A stretch of DNA of 58,093 bases, the filler included, from Bipalium vagum (taxonomy: Eukaryota), in assembly GCA_037834085.1 (NCBI GenBank). It is 3 parts of 3 records of this genome, joined end to end, with 100 filler letters (N's around TTAATTAATTAA, not from the genome) between each part and the next. Parts side by side here need not be neighbours in the genome. Positions count along the whole stretch, not along the records: positions 1 to 18,208 come from JBBMKC010036339.1; positions 18,309 to 41,876 come from JBBMKC010207709.1; 1 more part is not named here. One strand, given 5' to 3'. Below the pieces are notes generated by a model. It did not search any database. It saw nothing but the letters and a program-made list of their open reading frames with translations, and was not told where the DNA came from. The position numbers and the translations under genes are program-made. Shown here piece by piece: positions 12,192-26,200 of the stretch (position 1 is its first letter; the number at the start of each line of letters is the position of its first letter).

Positions 12192-15100
12192 ATGGATAGT
12201 GATGTTGACAATGATCCACCAGTTCGTCTGAAATCCTTGAAAAAGTCTTTCAACAGTGAAACCAAATCTCCTTTACTATCAACTTCCCAACAGAGCACTC
12301 GCAGATCCCAGAATACTTCATCACCTGTTTCAACTTACTCTTTTAAGTCATCCAAAGATAAAATCGATGTTGCAGAAATTCGACGAATTTTAACAAAATT
12401 GAAAAGTGAAATTGAGCATGAAAAGAAAAAAAACCAAGAATTATTAAATAAAAATGTTATGGAATTAGAAAAGCAAAAAGAAAATTTAGAAAAGCAACAT
12501 AGTAATATAATTTTTAAACTCAACAAAACTTGGCAAAGCAAAGTAGATGATTTGTTGAAGAAAAATAATGCTCATATAAGTGAAATAAATAAATTGAAGC
12601 AAAAGGTTTCCGAGTTATCAAGTATGGATTTCTTTTCTAAATATTTTACAATAAATTCATATATTCTCGGCAGGTAGATCGGGAACAGATTTTCAGATTT
12701 CTAGCATTGAAAATTTGATAACAAAACTTATGACATTTTTGAACGAGGAAATACACAGTTTCAACAATACTGAAGGAATTATGGCAATTATTAACGACTT
12801 AGTTAGAAATATCTATTTTCTATATGTTTTTAAGTTTCATGTTTTCTTAATATTTTAAAATAATTGATTAGTATTTTCGATATCCCTTTATTACTAGGGA
12901 CTTACCCAAAGTTTTGCACATAAATTATTAATTTATAGAATTCATAGCTGTTAATAAAACCAAGATAGCAGTTGAACAGCTCATGTTTATTTAGTTTGTA
13001 TTATGCATTTCGATATTGATTCATAATGTGACCACAAATATTATTTCTGTCATACCATCTTAATGATAGCAAATTTTTCTAACAAAAGATGGCGTACGAT
13101 CATTCAATTTCTCACAAAGAAGACTTATCACATACCGCGGCTACTGATTGACTGAAGACACATTGCGAATGTACATTGTCTTCCAGATCTGCATGAGCAG
13201 ATTGATGATGCGCTTTGCGTGCGGAAGGGAATCACTTGAAGGTGACCCTTAAGATGGTGCATCAGTCATAGCAAGATCAGAAGAATCTTTTGCTCATGTG
13301 CGTTCCATATGGAATTAAAACCGACGACAAACTTTTGTTGAAAATGAGGAACATAATAGTTATTCTAGGCGTACTTTTCACTAAATTATCCAGTGTAATT
13401 TGGAATAGGAAAATTGGTGCCTAAACTGCTGATGGAGAAACAGAAGATTTCCAGGGTGTAAGATTCAGAAATGGTATTGGGTATATTGGAAGAAATAGGA
13501 GATCTGTTTTGATCATGGGTTATTATCGTTGATGAGACTCCTTTGCCATGTTACATGTCTTCAACCAAGTGCTAATGCCTTAAATGGGTGGCATCGTGTT
13601 AAAAACCAATGGTTCATGCAACGTCACCCATATCAAGTGACTGTATTGTTGGACTTCAAAAGATTTGTTTATGTGAAGTTCTGTCCTCTAAATCATACGA
13701 TGAAAGCTGCCTATTACAGGGATTTGCATTACACTGTTCAAAACAAATTACAAGAAAGAATTCTGGAAAACCGTGCTGCCGACCTTTTTTTGATCCAAGA
13801 CAATTCCAGAGTTCACATCGAAAACATTTCCGTGAACTAATTGGCAATTGCTTCCACGCCTACTGTGTTCGCTAGACATTGTATTTAATGATTACTCCTC
13901 ATTTAAATCATCCCAGATTTTCCTTTCACGAGTGAACGCGAGATGAAGGTAACTGTGAAGAAGTAATTCTTTTCTGAATGGTTTAATTAATGAGATAAAG
14001 AAACTGGAAGAATAAACTACTTTGGATGGTGATTATATGGAACTGTTTCATATGTAGACATCCTTTGCCTGTTGTTGCCTAATAAATAAATACAGAACTG
14101 TTTGCTAAACCTTTGGTATGCTCCTGGTATATTTGTGAAAATAATTGAATATTAACAAGTTTATTTATTAAAAAATTTAAAGAGAAATAAAATCTACAAA
14201 GTGCTTAAGTAAAGCTGCTATTTTGTTGTATTTCTCCAATGAATAAAAAATTAAAATTTATAAAACGATTATGAAATTATCTTATATTTTATTCACATTA
14301 AGTGTTTATAATTTCTAATGTAATGAACCCAATTTAAAATCATTTCTCAAGTCTTTTCCTATTATTTTTTGTTTGAATAAATATTAATTAATAAATTTTC
14401 TTTTATAAACATAATCATGTTTAGTCAAGTTTCTAATTGTTTATCTATCAATAAAAGACATTTATCAATATTACTTTTGTAATAAATTACGAGATTTATT
14501 TTTCCTATGATTCCCTCCACAAACAACTGAAAACTATATCATATTGACATTTATTTTAGTCCTTCACTTTCCAATATATAATTGAATTATTAAATGATTT
14601 TAAAGTATAATAAAATCTTATTGATAAGTTGGTTTCGTCAAAATCTCAATCTTATTTTTTCAAATTTCAGAATCAATATCTGAACGACAGAACATTAAGA
14701 CCAGTAATATTTTTCAATTTTTCATTGTTTTAACTAATCAATACTCAGAATAATGAACAGGAGAAAGGGGATATAAAAAGCATCAAGATGAAAAGTCAAA
14801 ATGCCGATCTGATAAATATTGTGAAAATTTTGGATCGAAAATTTAAAACTAGTCAAAATGAAGTTATAGTAATTTTTATTTAATTATTAATATTTATAAT
14901 ACTTATCACAATTATATTTTAAAATAATTCTTTATTTGTTTAATTAAGTGAGCCTAGCTAAATTAATAAACGGCTAATTAATAAACAGAGTATCTAGATA
15001 ATTTAATTTTAAAATAGAATTGTGATTTTATTAAAAATTGAATCATGTATTTTTTTTTACCAAAATTGACATGTTATTTTTACCAAATTGTTATTTCTTG

Positions 15101-18100
15101 CCAAAAAAATCATGAGCCGTGCTCCTGACCACGTGTTTTAGGTTTTATAATGGATGATGATTTGAAGGTAATTTTATTTTTTCAGTTGGTAGAGCATAGA
15201 AATCTGCCACAATATTACTAATTGTAAAGGCCGTTTCTCAGCACGGTTCAGTTATGTGTGATGAGAAAATATGTACATGTGACCGAATCATCAGAATTTT
15301 GTAAGTAGTGAGACCGGATGATCATACAGAGAAGAGAGTTTATTTCGGGAAAACCCAAGGTTAACGCCGTCGCAATGAAGGGTGTATATAATTCGATCCT
15401 GCAGTCATATATTTATGAATGTATGTAGAAAACGAATATTCCAAAGAAGATTGTACATGTCATTTTTGAATTAATTAATATTACTACTTGTTACTTGGTT
15501 TTTTAAAAAAATTTTGTAATGTATTTTGAAAAACAATTTTAATTGTTTTTTGATCAATAAGTATTAAGTTTTTATATAATAATAAATAGATATATGATTA
15601 GCCTACACAGTACAATCATTGAGATAAGAATTAATGTAAATATGTTGCAAAAAGGCCCTTGTTTTTTCTGGAATAGTTAAAATTGTAGTTTTTAAAATTT
15701 TAAAGATACCATCTTTAAGGTGAACTCCAAATTTATCATAATAATGACTTTATTGTTTTAGTAATAATACATGGTTGTGGAAAACATGTTTTAATTCTCT
15801 TTCATAATCTTCGTGTCTAAGGTTCCGGATTGTGAGGGTATTATAAATATTTTTTATGATTAAACACTTAGGAAAGTTTTTTTAATTTTTCAGAATAACG
15901 CCATCTCTATGAATTTTACCATCAGCTGAAATAAGTAATACTACTGTTAATCTAGTTTTACAATGACCTCTTCCAATTGGCTTAATACTTTTACCTTTGT
16001 TGTTCATAGTTGTACATGACAAGTCTACTATACTCATTTTTCTTTTCTTTTTTATGTACATTAGATTTATTCGACAATCATTAGCATACTAATCTAGTTT
16101 CGTCACAGTTGTATAATTTTGGACCCGTTTTCAATTTCCTACAAGATATCGATTGTTCTGAAGGATTGTAACTCTCGTATTATTTTATTGACTATATCAA
16201 ATATTCAGACATTAAAATAATTGAATATATCGAAGGTGACTAAATCGAAACCCTACTATATAATAATTGTTTTTATCTACAATCGATTAATTATTAATTG
16301 TTCTACAAAATCTTTTTTTTATATTTAAATATAATAGGATATTGATTATTTTTTAAAAATATTTTTAATTAATATCAAATAAAAGAAAATTTCTTTTATT
16401 ATTAATAGTTTATGAATTTTATTAAATTCGAATATGTATGTACTTTGTAAAAAATCTTTTTCAAGAAAATTTAATAATTATTGTTGATTTTTGACTCAAT
16501 AACGTGATAATTGCGTCTTTTCTTAACAGTCAAGTATTCTTGTGATTTAATGAATAATAAATTAGTCCACTATAAAGTCAATGACTCTACTAAGTATCGG
16601 AGACAAAGCCCGAATATCAAAAATTTTCAAAAAAAGAGATTAATAACATTTAGTCTCAACCATTTGTATTTCTGATATTTAATTCTTATCTGGTTGTTAA
16701 TTAATAAAACATTAGCCTAAGATATCTTCCTTTCTTGTGATATTTGCGGCTAATCCAGTCGTATGTAAATATCAGAAATGTTAAGATAGTTATTTATCTG
16801 AATCTGAGAATAGGTAGTAAATTTTTTCTTAATTACCGAGATAATTTTGGCTATAATTACTCATAAATGTTTTAATTAAAAATTTTCATGTATTATTTGG
16901 GTTATCCATAAAATAACTAAAGACTTAAACTTTGCGGTATAACGAGAAGTAAAATAATTATTGTATTAACTTTTATTTTTTTTAAGAATTAAGATTTTAA
17001 AATCATTTTCAAGTGTGTCGATTAATCTATGTATATTTTATGAAATACGAAACTTTTTGCTGCATAAAGAATAATTTTCTTATATCAACATTCGTACAAT
17101 TCACTTTTTAGACGTAAGCAAGTTTAATATTCAAAATATTTTAAATTTTTGAATAAATCAATAAAACACTAAAACCCTAGAAAACAACTTTTATTGAATT
17201 CAAGACTTTTTCATAAAAATTCAAAAATTATTCAAATGTATTCATACACTTTGATTTTTAAATATTCAGTTTTCTGAGTAAAAAAAAAGAAAATAAATAA
17301 TTAGCGAAAATGAAACTTCTTTTAATCATTTATTTTATTTAATTATAATCAATTTAAAGTTGAGCTTCTATATCGCCACAGGTCTTTTATCAATGATAAT
17401 TTCATTTTTATGAATTTTATCTTTTTCCTATGTTATACAATTTTTTTTAGAATCCAGACTTATCGAGTGATTTTTTAATAGCGGAGCGCTTATAAGAGTA
17501 CAGTGACCTCAAAATCGACCGCTTTTGTTAAAATTAAATAATATACTATACAGTTAAAAGTAAAGCTAAAAAATAATATTACTTTGAGATTACATTTAAA
17601 ATAAAAACAACATGTTGCAGCTATTTCAAATGAGATCCTAATTTAATTTTTAAAAAGTTAAAAATGGCACATAAAAAGACCAAATTAGATGTTGTAACCA
17701 AATACAGAATACTGTCTTTCTATAAAACAAAGTTAGTATTCGCAAAAGTGGAAAAGAACTAAATTTATCTTATTCTATTGTTCATACGTTTATCCAAATT
17801 TTTCATAATAACTCTGAATTCTTCTGCCATAACTTAACTTTCGCACAACGAAATTCACTTTTTAAATACAATTTATACATCTCTTATTAATATCTAAATT
17901 GAATATTTATTTTTCTTTAAGATAATCTATATCGTTTTATGATAATGATGATTTTTACAATATTTTGGAACCTTAGGAGTTAACCAAAAAGCTTGAAGAA
18001 AAACAGCAAGAAGATATGAATAAAGATGACGAAAAGATCTTTAATCTTGAAGAAATGCTTAAAATAGCCGTAAAGGAAAGAATTCAATTGGAAAAGCAAA

Positions 18101-18114
18101 TTATTTGGCTACAA
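12192..18114 (+). CDS. Coiled-coil protein, 5' part; resembles the RIMS-binding protein / JAKMIP-type N-terminal coiled coil
   Basis: Phase-consistent GT-AG exons 12192-12621, 12674-12801, 14671-14703, 14749-14868 and 17977-18114. Heptad-rich text includes EIRRILTKLKSEIEHEKKK, KSQNADLINIVKILDRK and MLKIAVKERIQLEKQI. The gene runs off the contig end. Family assignment is weak. Confidence 0.7.
12894..14127 (+). mobile_element. Full-length but decayed mariner element in an intron
   Basis: Imperfect TIRs (CTAGGGACTTACCCAAAGTTTTGCA and, reverse-complemented, CCAGGAGCATACCAAAGGTTTAGCA) flanked by TA. Motifs LVPKLL (WVPxxL), IIVDET and IQDNSRVH. Confidence 0.8.
15660..16250 (-). mobile_element. Decayed pogo-type transposase fragment
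   Basis: A minus frame reads KGKSIKPIGRGHCKTRLTVVVT..ADG, typical of the pogo DDE_1 N-terminal motif. Confidence 0.55.
17501..17830 (+). mobile_element. Tc1-like 5' fragment (TIR plus paired-like HTH)
   Basis: TA-CAGTG end, then broken frames LDVVTKYRILSFY..SIRKSGKELNLSYSIVHTFI. Confidence 0.5.
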
Positions 18115-18134
18115 GTTAGATATTTAAATTCATG

Positions 18135-18138
18135 ATTA

Positions 18139-18208
<70 letters not shown>
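18135..18208. repeat. (ATT)n microsatellite at contig end
   Basis: ATT run directly before the spacer. Confidence 0.95.
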
Positions 18209-18308
18209 NNNNNNNNNNNNNNNNNNNNNNNNNNNNNNNNNNNNNNNNNNNNTTAATTAATTAANNNNNNNNNNNNNNNNNNNNNNNNNNNNNNNNNNNN
18301 NNNNNNNN
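18209..18308. other. Artificial contig-joining spacer
   Basis: N44-TTAATTAATTAA-N44, which puts stops in all six frames. Confidence 0.97.
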
Positions 18309-18422
18309 ATAACAAATCTATTTTAATAATTATACAATAATTTTTTAAAATAATTTTTTAATGAGTTTTAAAGCTAACATAAACAATTTTTTTAAATTAA
18401 CATAGGTCAAATCATAAAACTT

Positions 18423-18888
18423 TTAATATAATTCGTAATCTACAATTATTTCGATATTTGCAGACTGGCCCAAAACATATGTATTTGTATGTGCTTCTTT
18501 ATTTATGTCCACAGAAGTTAGAAAGCGGTTATTCTTACTTAACTCTAAACCTTCTGCAATTTCTTCTTCAGTACGTTTCTTTGGTCGTTTGCAATTTATT
18601 CTTTTTGTAGAAAGTGGGTTTTTATGCAGTCCTGATCTTTCAAGAAACTTTTTTATTGTATTTATTGAAATTTCAAGAACCCCTGAAATTTTGATATTTG
18701 AAAAATTGGCATAGGTATGTAAATCATAAATTTGGTCATTTTGAAAATCATTTTGGTCTTTGTCCCATGCCATACAACTATAAAATAAACATGATGAGAT
18801 CATTAAAAAAATTATTAAAAGCATAACAATTTTGTCCACTTACAGATATTGAATTTCTAATTTGGGTACTGTTTATTGGCCAGTACTG
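18423..18888 (-). mobile_element. Tc1-like 5' fragment (TIR plus HTH)
   Basis: TA-CAGTACTGGCCAATAAA TIR at 18888. The ORF from MAWDKD has HTH-like SNIKISGVLEISINTIKKFL and KRPKKRT (GRPR-like). No DDE domain. Confidence 0.7.
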
Positions 18889-19175
18889 TATGTTATATGT
18901 ATGACCTTGATAACTAAATTGAAATAATAAAAATATCTGGACAAAGAAATAAATTTAAGCTCTTACTTTATGCAATCTTTCGGAATTTTGTGAATGAATA
19001 AATGTTTAATTTAAATAATATCTTAAGAATTTACATAATACTAAAAAAAGAAAATAAAATTAATTGTAAATAATATTATTCCATAATAATATTGAGGAAT
19101 AAGCTAAAATTAATGATAGTTTAAATGAGGACTGTTAGGAATCTGAATAATTATTAATAGTAGTAATGATAATTA

Positions 19176-19177
<2 letters not shown>

Positions 19178-19233
<56 letters not shown>
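19178..19233. repeat. (AAT)n microsatellite
   Basis: Perfect AAT run. Confidence 0.95.
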
Positions 19234-20489
19234 TAATTTAATTTTAAAAATTAAAACTTAAAAAACTTAACCGAATCGCCTTAACCTCAGTAAACCTTGA
19301 AGTGATGAGCAAAATAACTGCAGTCAGATGTAATAATATGATCACGTCATTCAGATAAGATGTATTTATATAGTATGAATGATGTCTTGTACAAGGAAGA
19401 CCTAAAGACAGGTACTGAAAATTAATATAAATACTGATGAGAAGTCAGTTAAGGTCAGAAATAAAGTAATACATATTTCTCGGTAATCTTATAGTCAGCG
19501 TCACTGAGACAATGCTATAAGAAAAGTTTGAAATTGATGAAACTAATCGATTCAAGTAATTAATATTTTATATTTTACTTGTTTCTTGTGCTTATGCTTT
19601 TACTGGTATTTTCACAGAATTTATCGGTTGAAACTTAGTTCTTTTCAGAAGAACACCTTATTTATCTTCTAAGTAAGAGACTATTCTTCTTGGTTAGTTA
19701 AAGTTATTAAGTTTGTATTTTGTGATAATACAATTATATTTTAGTAACAATTTTACTTAATTTGATTAATTTTATTTTTTATTTTCTTGATTTTCATTTG
19801 TAAAACGTATTTAAATCTTTTGAAGTAGGCTTCTAATTCATATTGTAGTCAATTAGTATAAAAAGATTTTAAAATAAATTTTAAACAGGAGAATATCCAT
19901 TAAAATTACATTTGTTGACACATTTTTTGTTTAGCTCACCTGACCTACAGTGAAGTTGCTGTGAGCTTACCTAAAAATCCTCTAACAAAACACAAAAGCA
20001 AACACTAAAAGTTTATTAAATAAATGAGGTTTTATTTTACTTGTATTTTTATTATTTTTCTTTTTTGTATTTTATCTACGGGTCAAATAGGCTTGTTTGG
20101 ACTTTTCATAGAAGTGTGCTAGTGCCTTTAAGTTAAAATATTCAGCTAAAATGAAAAGCGCAGGATGTGAAAAAAATTTAAGTATAATAAAACTTAATAT
20201 TTTATATATAACTTTTAAAATGCAAAACTTTCAAATTGCAAGAAACTTCTTAAGTATTCTTAAATAAATCAAAGAAATCTTTTGTAGGATTTCAGGTAAT
20301 GACTGATTTTGATAGTAAAATAGAAAAATATATAAACAAGGCATCAAATTTATCGTCAAAAATACATTATTAATAAAAATAAATTTCAAATATCAAATAT
20401 GTTTAAAAAGTATTTGTTTTTCTACATCAATTTAAACTAATTAGTTTTGATTATTTTAGAAAAAAAAATTGTAAATCAAAGCAGTGATC

Positions 20490-21225
20490 AAATATTTGAT
20501 AAAAAAATATTCAACTATTCAAATAAATAAAGACTTGGTAGAAAATTTGAATGATGATTTTACAATGGTACATAAATGAGCTATAGAATTTAGAAAGGGT
20601 CGTACAAACCTGGAAGATGGCCCAAAACTTTCTAGTATTCCGGAAATCGTTCAAAATATACATGAAGCGGTTCTCTAAGATCATCGATTGAAGTTATCAA
20701 ATATAAATAACAGGATGGACATATCAACTGAAAGAATGAACTTTATTTTGCATAATGAATTAGACATGAAAAAGTTAATAACAAGATGGGCGTCGCGTTT
20801 GCTTGCAGTTGAACAAGACAAGTAAGAATGAACCTTTCTCCAGTGTGTTTGGCACGTTATCAGAAGAATAAAAATGGTTTTTTCATGCCATAGGATGATC
20901 GATTATCTCCAAAAACCTGAAACAATCAATGGAGAATATTATTTAAAACTGTTGGATAAATTGGACATAGCCGGATTAAAGAAAAAGAAAATCATTTTTA
21001 TCAAGATAATGCACGTTCACACGTATTACTACAATGGTAAAATTCGTAAAATTTCGCTATTACTGACTTTCACCTGTTTTTCAAAGTTGAAAATTTTTCT
21101 GGGTGGAAAGAGCTTTCCAACAACAAAAGAGATTTATAAAGGGATAGATTATTATTTTTAGAAATCTTGAAGGAAACCACTTTTGAAAGGGCATAATGGC
21201 CTTAGAATATTTTTACAAAAGTTAA
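20490..21225 (+). mobile_element. Decayed, internally deleted mariner transposase
   Basis: EFRKGRTNLED..DHRLKL..ILHNELDMKKLITRWASRLL, MIDYLQKPETINGEYYLKLL and HQDNARSH. Confidence 0.8.
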
Positions 21226-21285
21226 ATAATCTGCGTGGCCCATCCACTCTGCTTTTCATTAGGATAATGACAATCCAGGAGTTTT

Positions 21286-21330
21286 AATTATTCAGCTCTG
21301 CCCAAACATGTTAGCCAGAGCTGAATAATT
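21286..21330. repeat. 45-nt near-palindrome with a perfect 15-bp stem
   Basis: AATTATTCAGCTCTG-N15-CAGAGCTGAATAATT; the loop contains AACATGTT. Confidence 0.85.
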
Positions 21331-23221
21331 CAATGGATTAGGTTTCCTAAAAAATCATCAATATTTAATTTTTAATATGGGATAATAATATAATTTACAA
21401 TTTTTTCATTTTTTATAATTATCATATTAAACACAAAAATAAGACTCATTAAAATAAGTAACCAAAATTATTATTATATAAAATAATATTATCGTTATGA
21501 TAAAACAAGAATCAAAAAATCAAACTTTTTTAAGAAAAAAGAATTCAATTATTGGTCTGGAATACAAATAGATCGAATTATAATTCTGAGATTTCTTTAA
21601 GTCAAGATTTAGTAACAGTATAAAAAAGATATGATAAGAACTGAATTTTCATTATTTCGATCAATTGTAGATATATTTCTTAAATGCCAGAAAAACGGCT
21701 ATGATTCATTGTTGAGATTGATAATATCTAGTGTGAAGTAAATATATTCCTGTTATTTTCCTTCTACTCACAAACAAACACTGTTCAAGACACTAGTTCT
21801 GAACCACTAACTCGATTTAAATTCTAAATATCCATTCATTAACAATTCGTATTCACTGGAAACCCTAAGAAAAAAAGTCAAGGAAGTCATGTTAGCAACT
21901 GATCATACTCTCCTCTCAAAAAATCAAAAACATCTCTTATTTACAAATCTCACACACAAGCGAATTATTTAAAAGGTAAGATTGAGTCTCAGAAATTTTT
22001 TTTTATAAATTTAATTGTAAAATATTCATTATATGGTATAAAAATTAATTCTCATCGTTTTTTTAGATAGATAAAGAGAGACATAAAATTTAAAGCAAAT
22101 TTTTAAGACCAAGGTTGTATTAGTTTCTTGAATAACATTTTTATTATATTTAAAATTTTTTTAAAGAATTGAATGAAAAATGTTAACAGAAATCAGGAAA
22201 TATTCAAAGTACTGAGTGAGTATTCATACATATTCCTTGGAAATTCATGGAATATGTTAACTATTTACCGTATTGTTAATATTCCGTTTAAATATTAACT
22301 AATTTTTAATTTCGATTTATCTTGAAGGCTGATATGACTCTAAATGTTTATTAATGTTCGTCCACATGAAATAATCACAAGAAATGAATAAAAACAAAAC
22401 TATTATTTATTTGATGAAAAATATAGCACAATGTTAATAACAAACAAAGTAAATGTTACTAGCTTCAAAATTTCCCTTTTAGATATCTTACTAACAAATA
22501 ATCCCGGCAATCGTTTATCAAAAATCTTTTACAAATGTCTCAACAGGATTATTCTCATAAACAGTTTTCGTAATTTTTTCTTAAAACTTTGCTATTCCCT
22601 TAAATAGGATTTTGCAGAACTCCTGCTATTCGTCAATCATCTCTTCCATCGATTACAACACAATATTCTGTTTTTTATGAGAAACCCCAAAAGCAACAAA
22701 CCAGCTATGTTGAGTTCATGCGGGCATATAGTGAAGATGGTCTGAACCTGAAAATACATTACTAAACTAATTTAGTGTTTTATATTTCAACTTAAGTTAA
22801 ACTGTCTTCAATTGTAGTTAAGTAAATATTTAAAGTAAAATATTTTGTTTAAAAATTAAAATTCAATCCAAAATTAAAACAAAATTTAACATAAAATTCA
22901 CATATTTAAATCTACTATCATTTTATATTTTAATTAATTTCAATATTAAATATGCTTAAGAAATTGACTAATTTTAATGTTAATATTGTACTTTACATTT
23001 TTAGTTTAATATTTTTGTTCGACCTTGGATAATGTTTTAAATCACTAAGGTTATTAATTATTTTATTTAATATATGGTAAACAGTACTTAATTTGTATAT
23101 CTATGTAAAGCTATAGTTTAAAAAGAAAAATGTAAATATAGATTTTTTGATTTTGTAACATTGTTTTAATATATAATAAGCATTTATATAATAATGAAAT
23201 TAAATTAAAATTAACTTTAGA

Positions 23222-26200
23222 ATGACTGCTAAATGTGAAATTGGATTGAATATTGAAACGAAAAGGTAGATAATTATTTTATTTCATGATTTACACAAAA
23301 CTAATTAATATAGGAATTCCAGGGTGCATCAGTTAAGGGATTTATTTCAAATGGGAACTCCGCGACCAGCAGAAGAACTTGAAGGTCTTGAAATAAATAA
23401 CAAAACTGATCATACAAAATGTGATACTTCCAATATAATAGAGATACCACAAGAGGTTGGGGTTTCATCAAAATCTAATGACACGTAAGGAGATTTTCAG
23501 ACATCAAAGTGAATTTTAAATGATAAATTAAGAAATTTGTTAGTCAGTAACATTCCTCTCAAATGTGATATTTTATCGGAGAGTAATACTCCGGTAGTTG
23601 AAATTAGACCAAAAACACCAGAGCTTTTCGTAGGATCACATAACAGTCTCAACAGTGTTAGTCTGAATTATTCACGTTTCTTTTATTAAATATTTTAAAT
23701 GATATAATATAGTTAATATAAAAATCAAAAATTTTAAAATACTTTCTAAATCAATTATCATTTTGTTTCTCATGAAATTTTTTTAATCATTTTGTAATTA
23801 TAATGGTTCAGAGATATCTTTCAGCACATTTTTTTAACGAGCTTCCCTTTGATTTGCATTACATGTGGAAAAATTTAATAACCATTGTGATATAATAAAT
23901 TAAATAATGATAATTCAATGAACTGAATAATTTTTCGGATTCTATTGGTCTGTTAAAAGTATTTGTATGAAAATGATGCAACTGACCTTGTTAATGACTT
24001 CTGGTTGGAATTTTTTTTCCTTTAAATTTAATTATTCTTATTTTTTCATTTCATAAAATTATTTGTAATAAAATTGTTGGAATTCTTATGAAAAAGGAAA
24101 TTCAAATCTGTTTCTGTATAATATTTAAATCTATCAGTTTTTATGTGAAAATGATTGCAAAAATGTCAATTTAATTTATCTTTCACTGCCCAACAAGGTC
24201 TGTTAAAATTGTTAGTGATGACCATAATTAAACATTTAATAAAAGTAATCTTATTTGGATATTTTTGTTTTAATATATCACTTATTCCTCATTGTTGATA
24301 ATTTTCAATTCAAATCTGAAATTATTTGTTTTCCCTTTTGATAATGAATCTATTGCTATATTAATAATCGCATTGGAGACTTATTTCGTCCTGTCATATA
24401 CTTGCAACCGGAAAGAAGCAATAAGCGTATCATTTATGTTTGTTCTAAATGTATTTTAAAATTAATTAATCTTTCCACTTAATTAAAAAAAGTTATTTTT
24501 TTATCTGTAATGCATTTCTGAAAGAAAAGATTTTTTAGAATGAGTTAATTTTATTTTTACAATTTTGACTATTTAATAAAGAATAAAATGATTCATAAAT
24601 ACTATAACAATATCTTATCATTTTTGTATTCAACTCATTAATCTGATTATATTCAATTTTATATTACCGCGCTTATTAATTTAAAATTTCTTTTAAAGGA
24701 ATTGAGTTTTAACAAAAGATTTTAAACCTGAATTTTTTCTGGATAAGTTTGAACAATATTTATCAATAAAGATCATTAGTGAAATTTTCTTTAATTTGAT
24801 TTTTTATTTATCGTATTGAATGATTTAGCATTTTAATTTTTCAATAATCTCAGAAATATGATATATCTCAAATTTATTATATATAATAATTTCGTTTATT
24901 TCTGTTCATTTTATCTTCTATAAATGTACATTCGTGAAAATAAGATACAGATTTCGCGTCAATACCATTCCTTAGCGTTTAAAAATCTTACCAAACGGTT
25001 ATATCATTCAAATTATTGAAATTCGTTCATCGTTGAAAATGTACATAGAACATAAAGGGTTATAATTAAATTTCTCAAGATCCGAATTTCATACTGGGGG
25101 TGGTAAAAATGCAACTGTTTATGAATATCTTGTTTTGAATCTGTTTAAACCTCCTTGATATTTGTATCAAACACACTAATAATTTTTTGGAAAACATTTC
25201 CGATTTTGATACATAGTATGTTTTACTGGATTTTAAAATATATCCACTTTTTATTATCAGTCACTTAGTAAATGAAACAATCACCATAAGGTATTTCAAG
25301 TAGGTTTTAATTTAAGTGTAAGATCTTCCGGAGAATGATTAATCTAAAATTTCAGTGTCACATTTGAAATTTTTGACCCAGATCACACCTTTTTTATTTT
25401 GCATATTTTTTGAACATTTCAGTTTAATGGAGTTATTATTTACAGTACTGTTTTAAGAATTCGATTTTTTCTAAGCTGACAAAATTTTTTTTAACTTATA
25501 TTTTGATAAGGGATAAGGTAAACTTTAAAATTAAATAAAATATTATATTGTATTTTTATTAAATAATTTGATTTTATAAATGAATTTGAAAATGTTAAGT
25601 AAATATTTAGGCTAATATTTTTAGTATAAATGTGTAATAAAAATTCACATTCCCTCAGTGGATAAAAATGTTCAGTTTTACTGATATTTTGTTGTTTTTA
25701 TTCATTTAAAACAGATTTTTTATTATCATAATTTATTAAATTAATCATTTCTTTTATAAAATAAATTAAAAATTAGATTAAATATATTTTTTAAAAAATA
25801 ATAGGAAAACTCTGGTTTAGACACTTTTCAGAGAACTAATGAGAAATAAGATAGAATTAAAATGTATTCATGATTTATTTTCTATCAAATTAAAATCTTT
25901 AAACAAAATATTTATTTTAAATTTAATACTTAATACAATAATAATCTTATACAGGCTGGCCACTAAAAGACTAATCTATTTAAAATTGAATATAATAATG
26001 ATTTTTTAAAAATTAGATAGATAATATTAAGCATCCTTTGGAGATTTAAATGAGTATATATGATAGTCAACACCGAGTAAAACTAATATTTATTCTATTC
26101 GAATGATAAGTCTAGTATTTTAACACAAAAAGATATCGGACATATTTTAATGTAAAAATCTCCTATCACAAACATGATTCGGAATCTAATATTGGATCAG

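Noticed and set aside
15181-15400. tRNA-like A-box (TCAGTTGGTAGAGCA) and B-box-like TTCGATCC
   Set aside because: The boxes are about 200 nt apart and no cloverleaf can be formed.
18423-18839. ORF that looks like a secreted protein with a signal peptide
   Set aside because: It has a non-ATG start inside a Tc1 5' region next to a TIR, and the remainder is a transposase HTH.
19434-19462. CTGATGA..GAAA hammerhead-like core (also near 27254 and 39010)
   Set aside because: No stem II or flanking stems can be formed.
21889-21975. ATG-initiated exon with a strong GTAAGA donor upstream of neurabin
   Set aside because: The ATG frame stops before the donor. At most a 5'-UTR exon with a uORF, so it was not called as CDS.
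22480-22760. Possible extra neurabin exon
   Set aside because: No consistent frame. The minus strand weakly resembles a DD41D-type C-terminus, too degraded to call.
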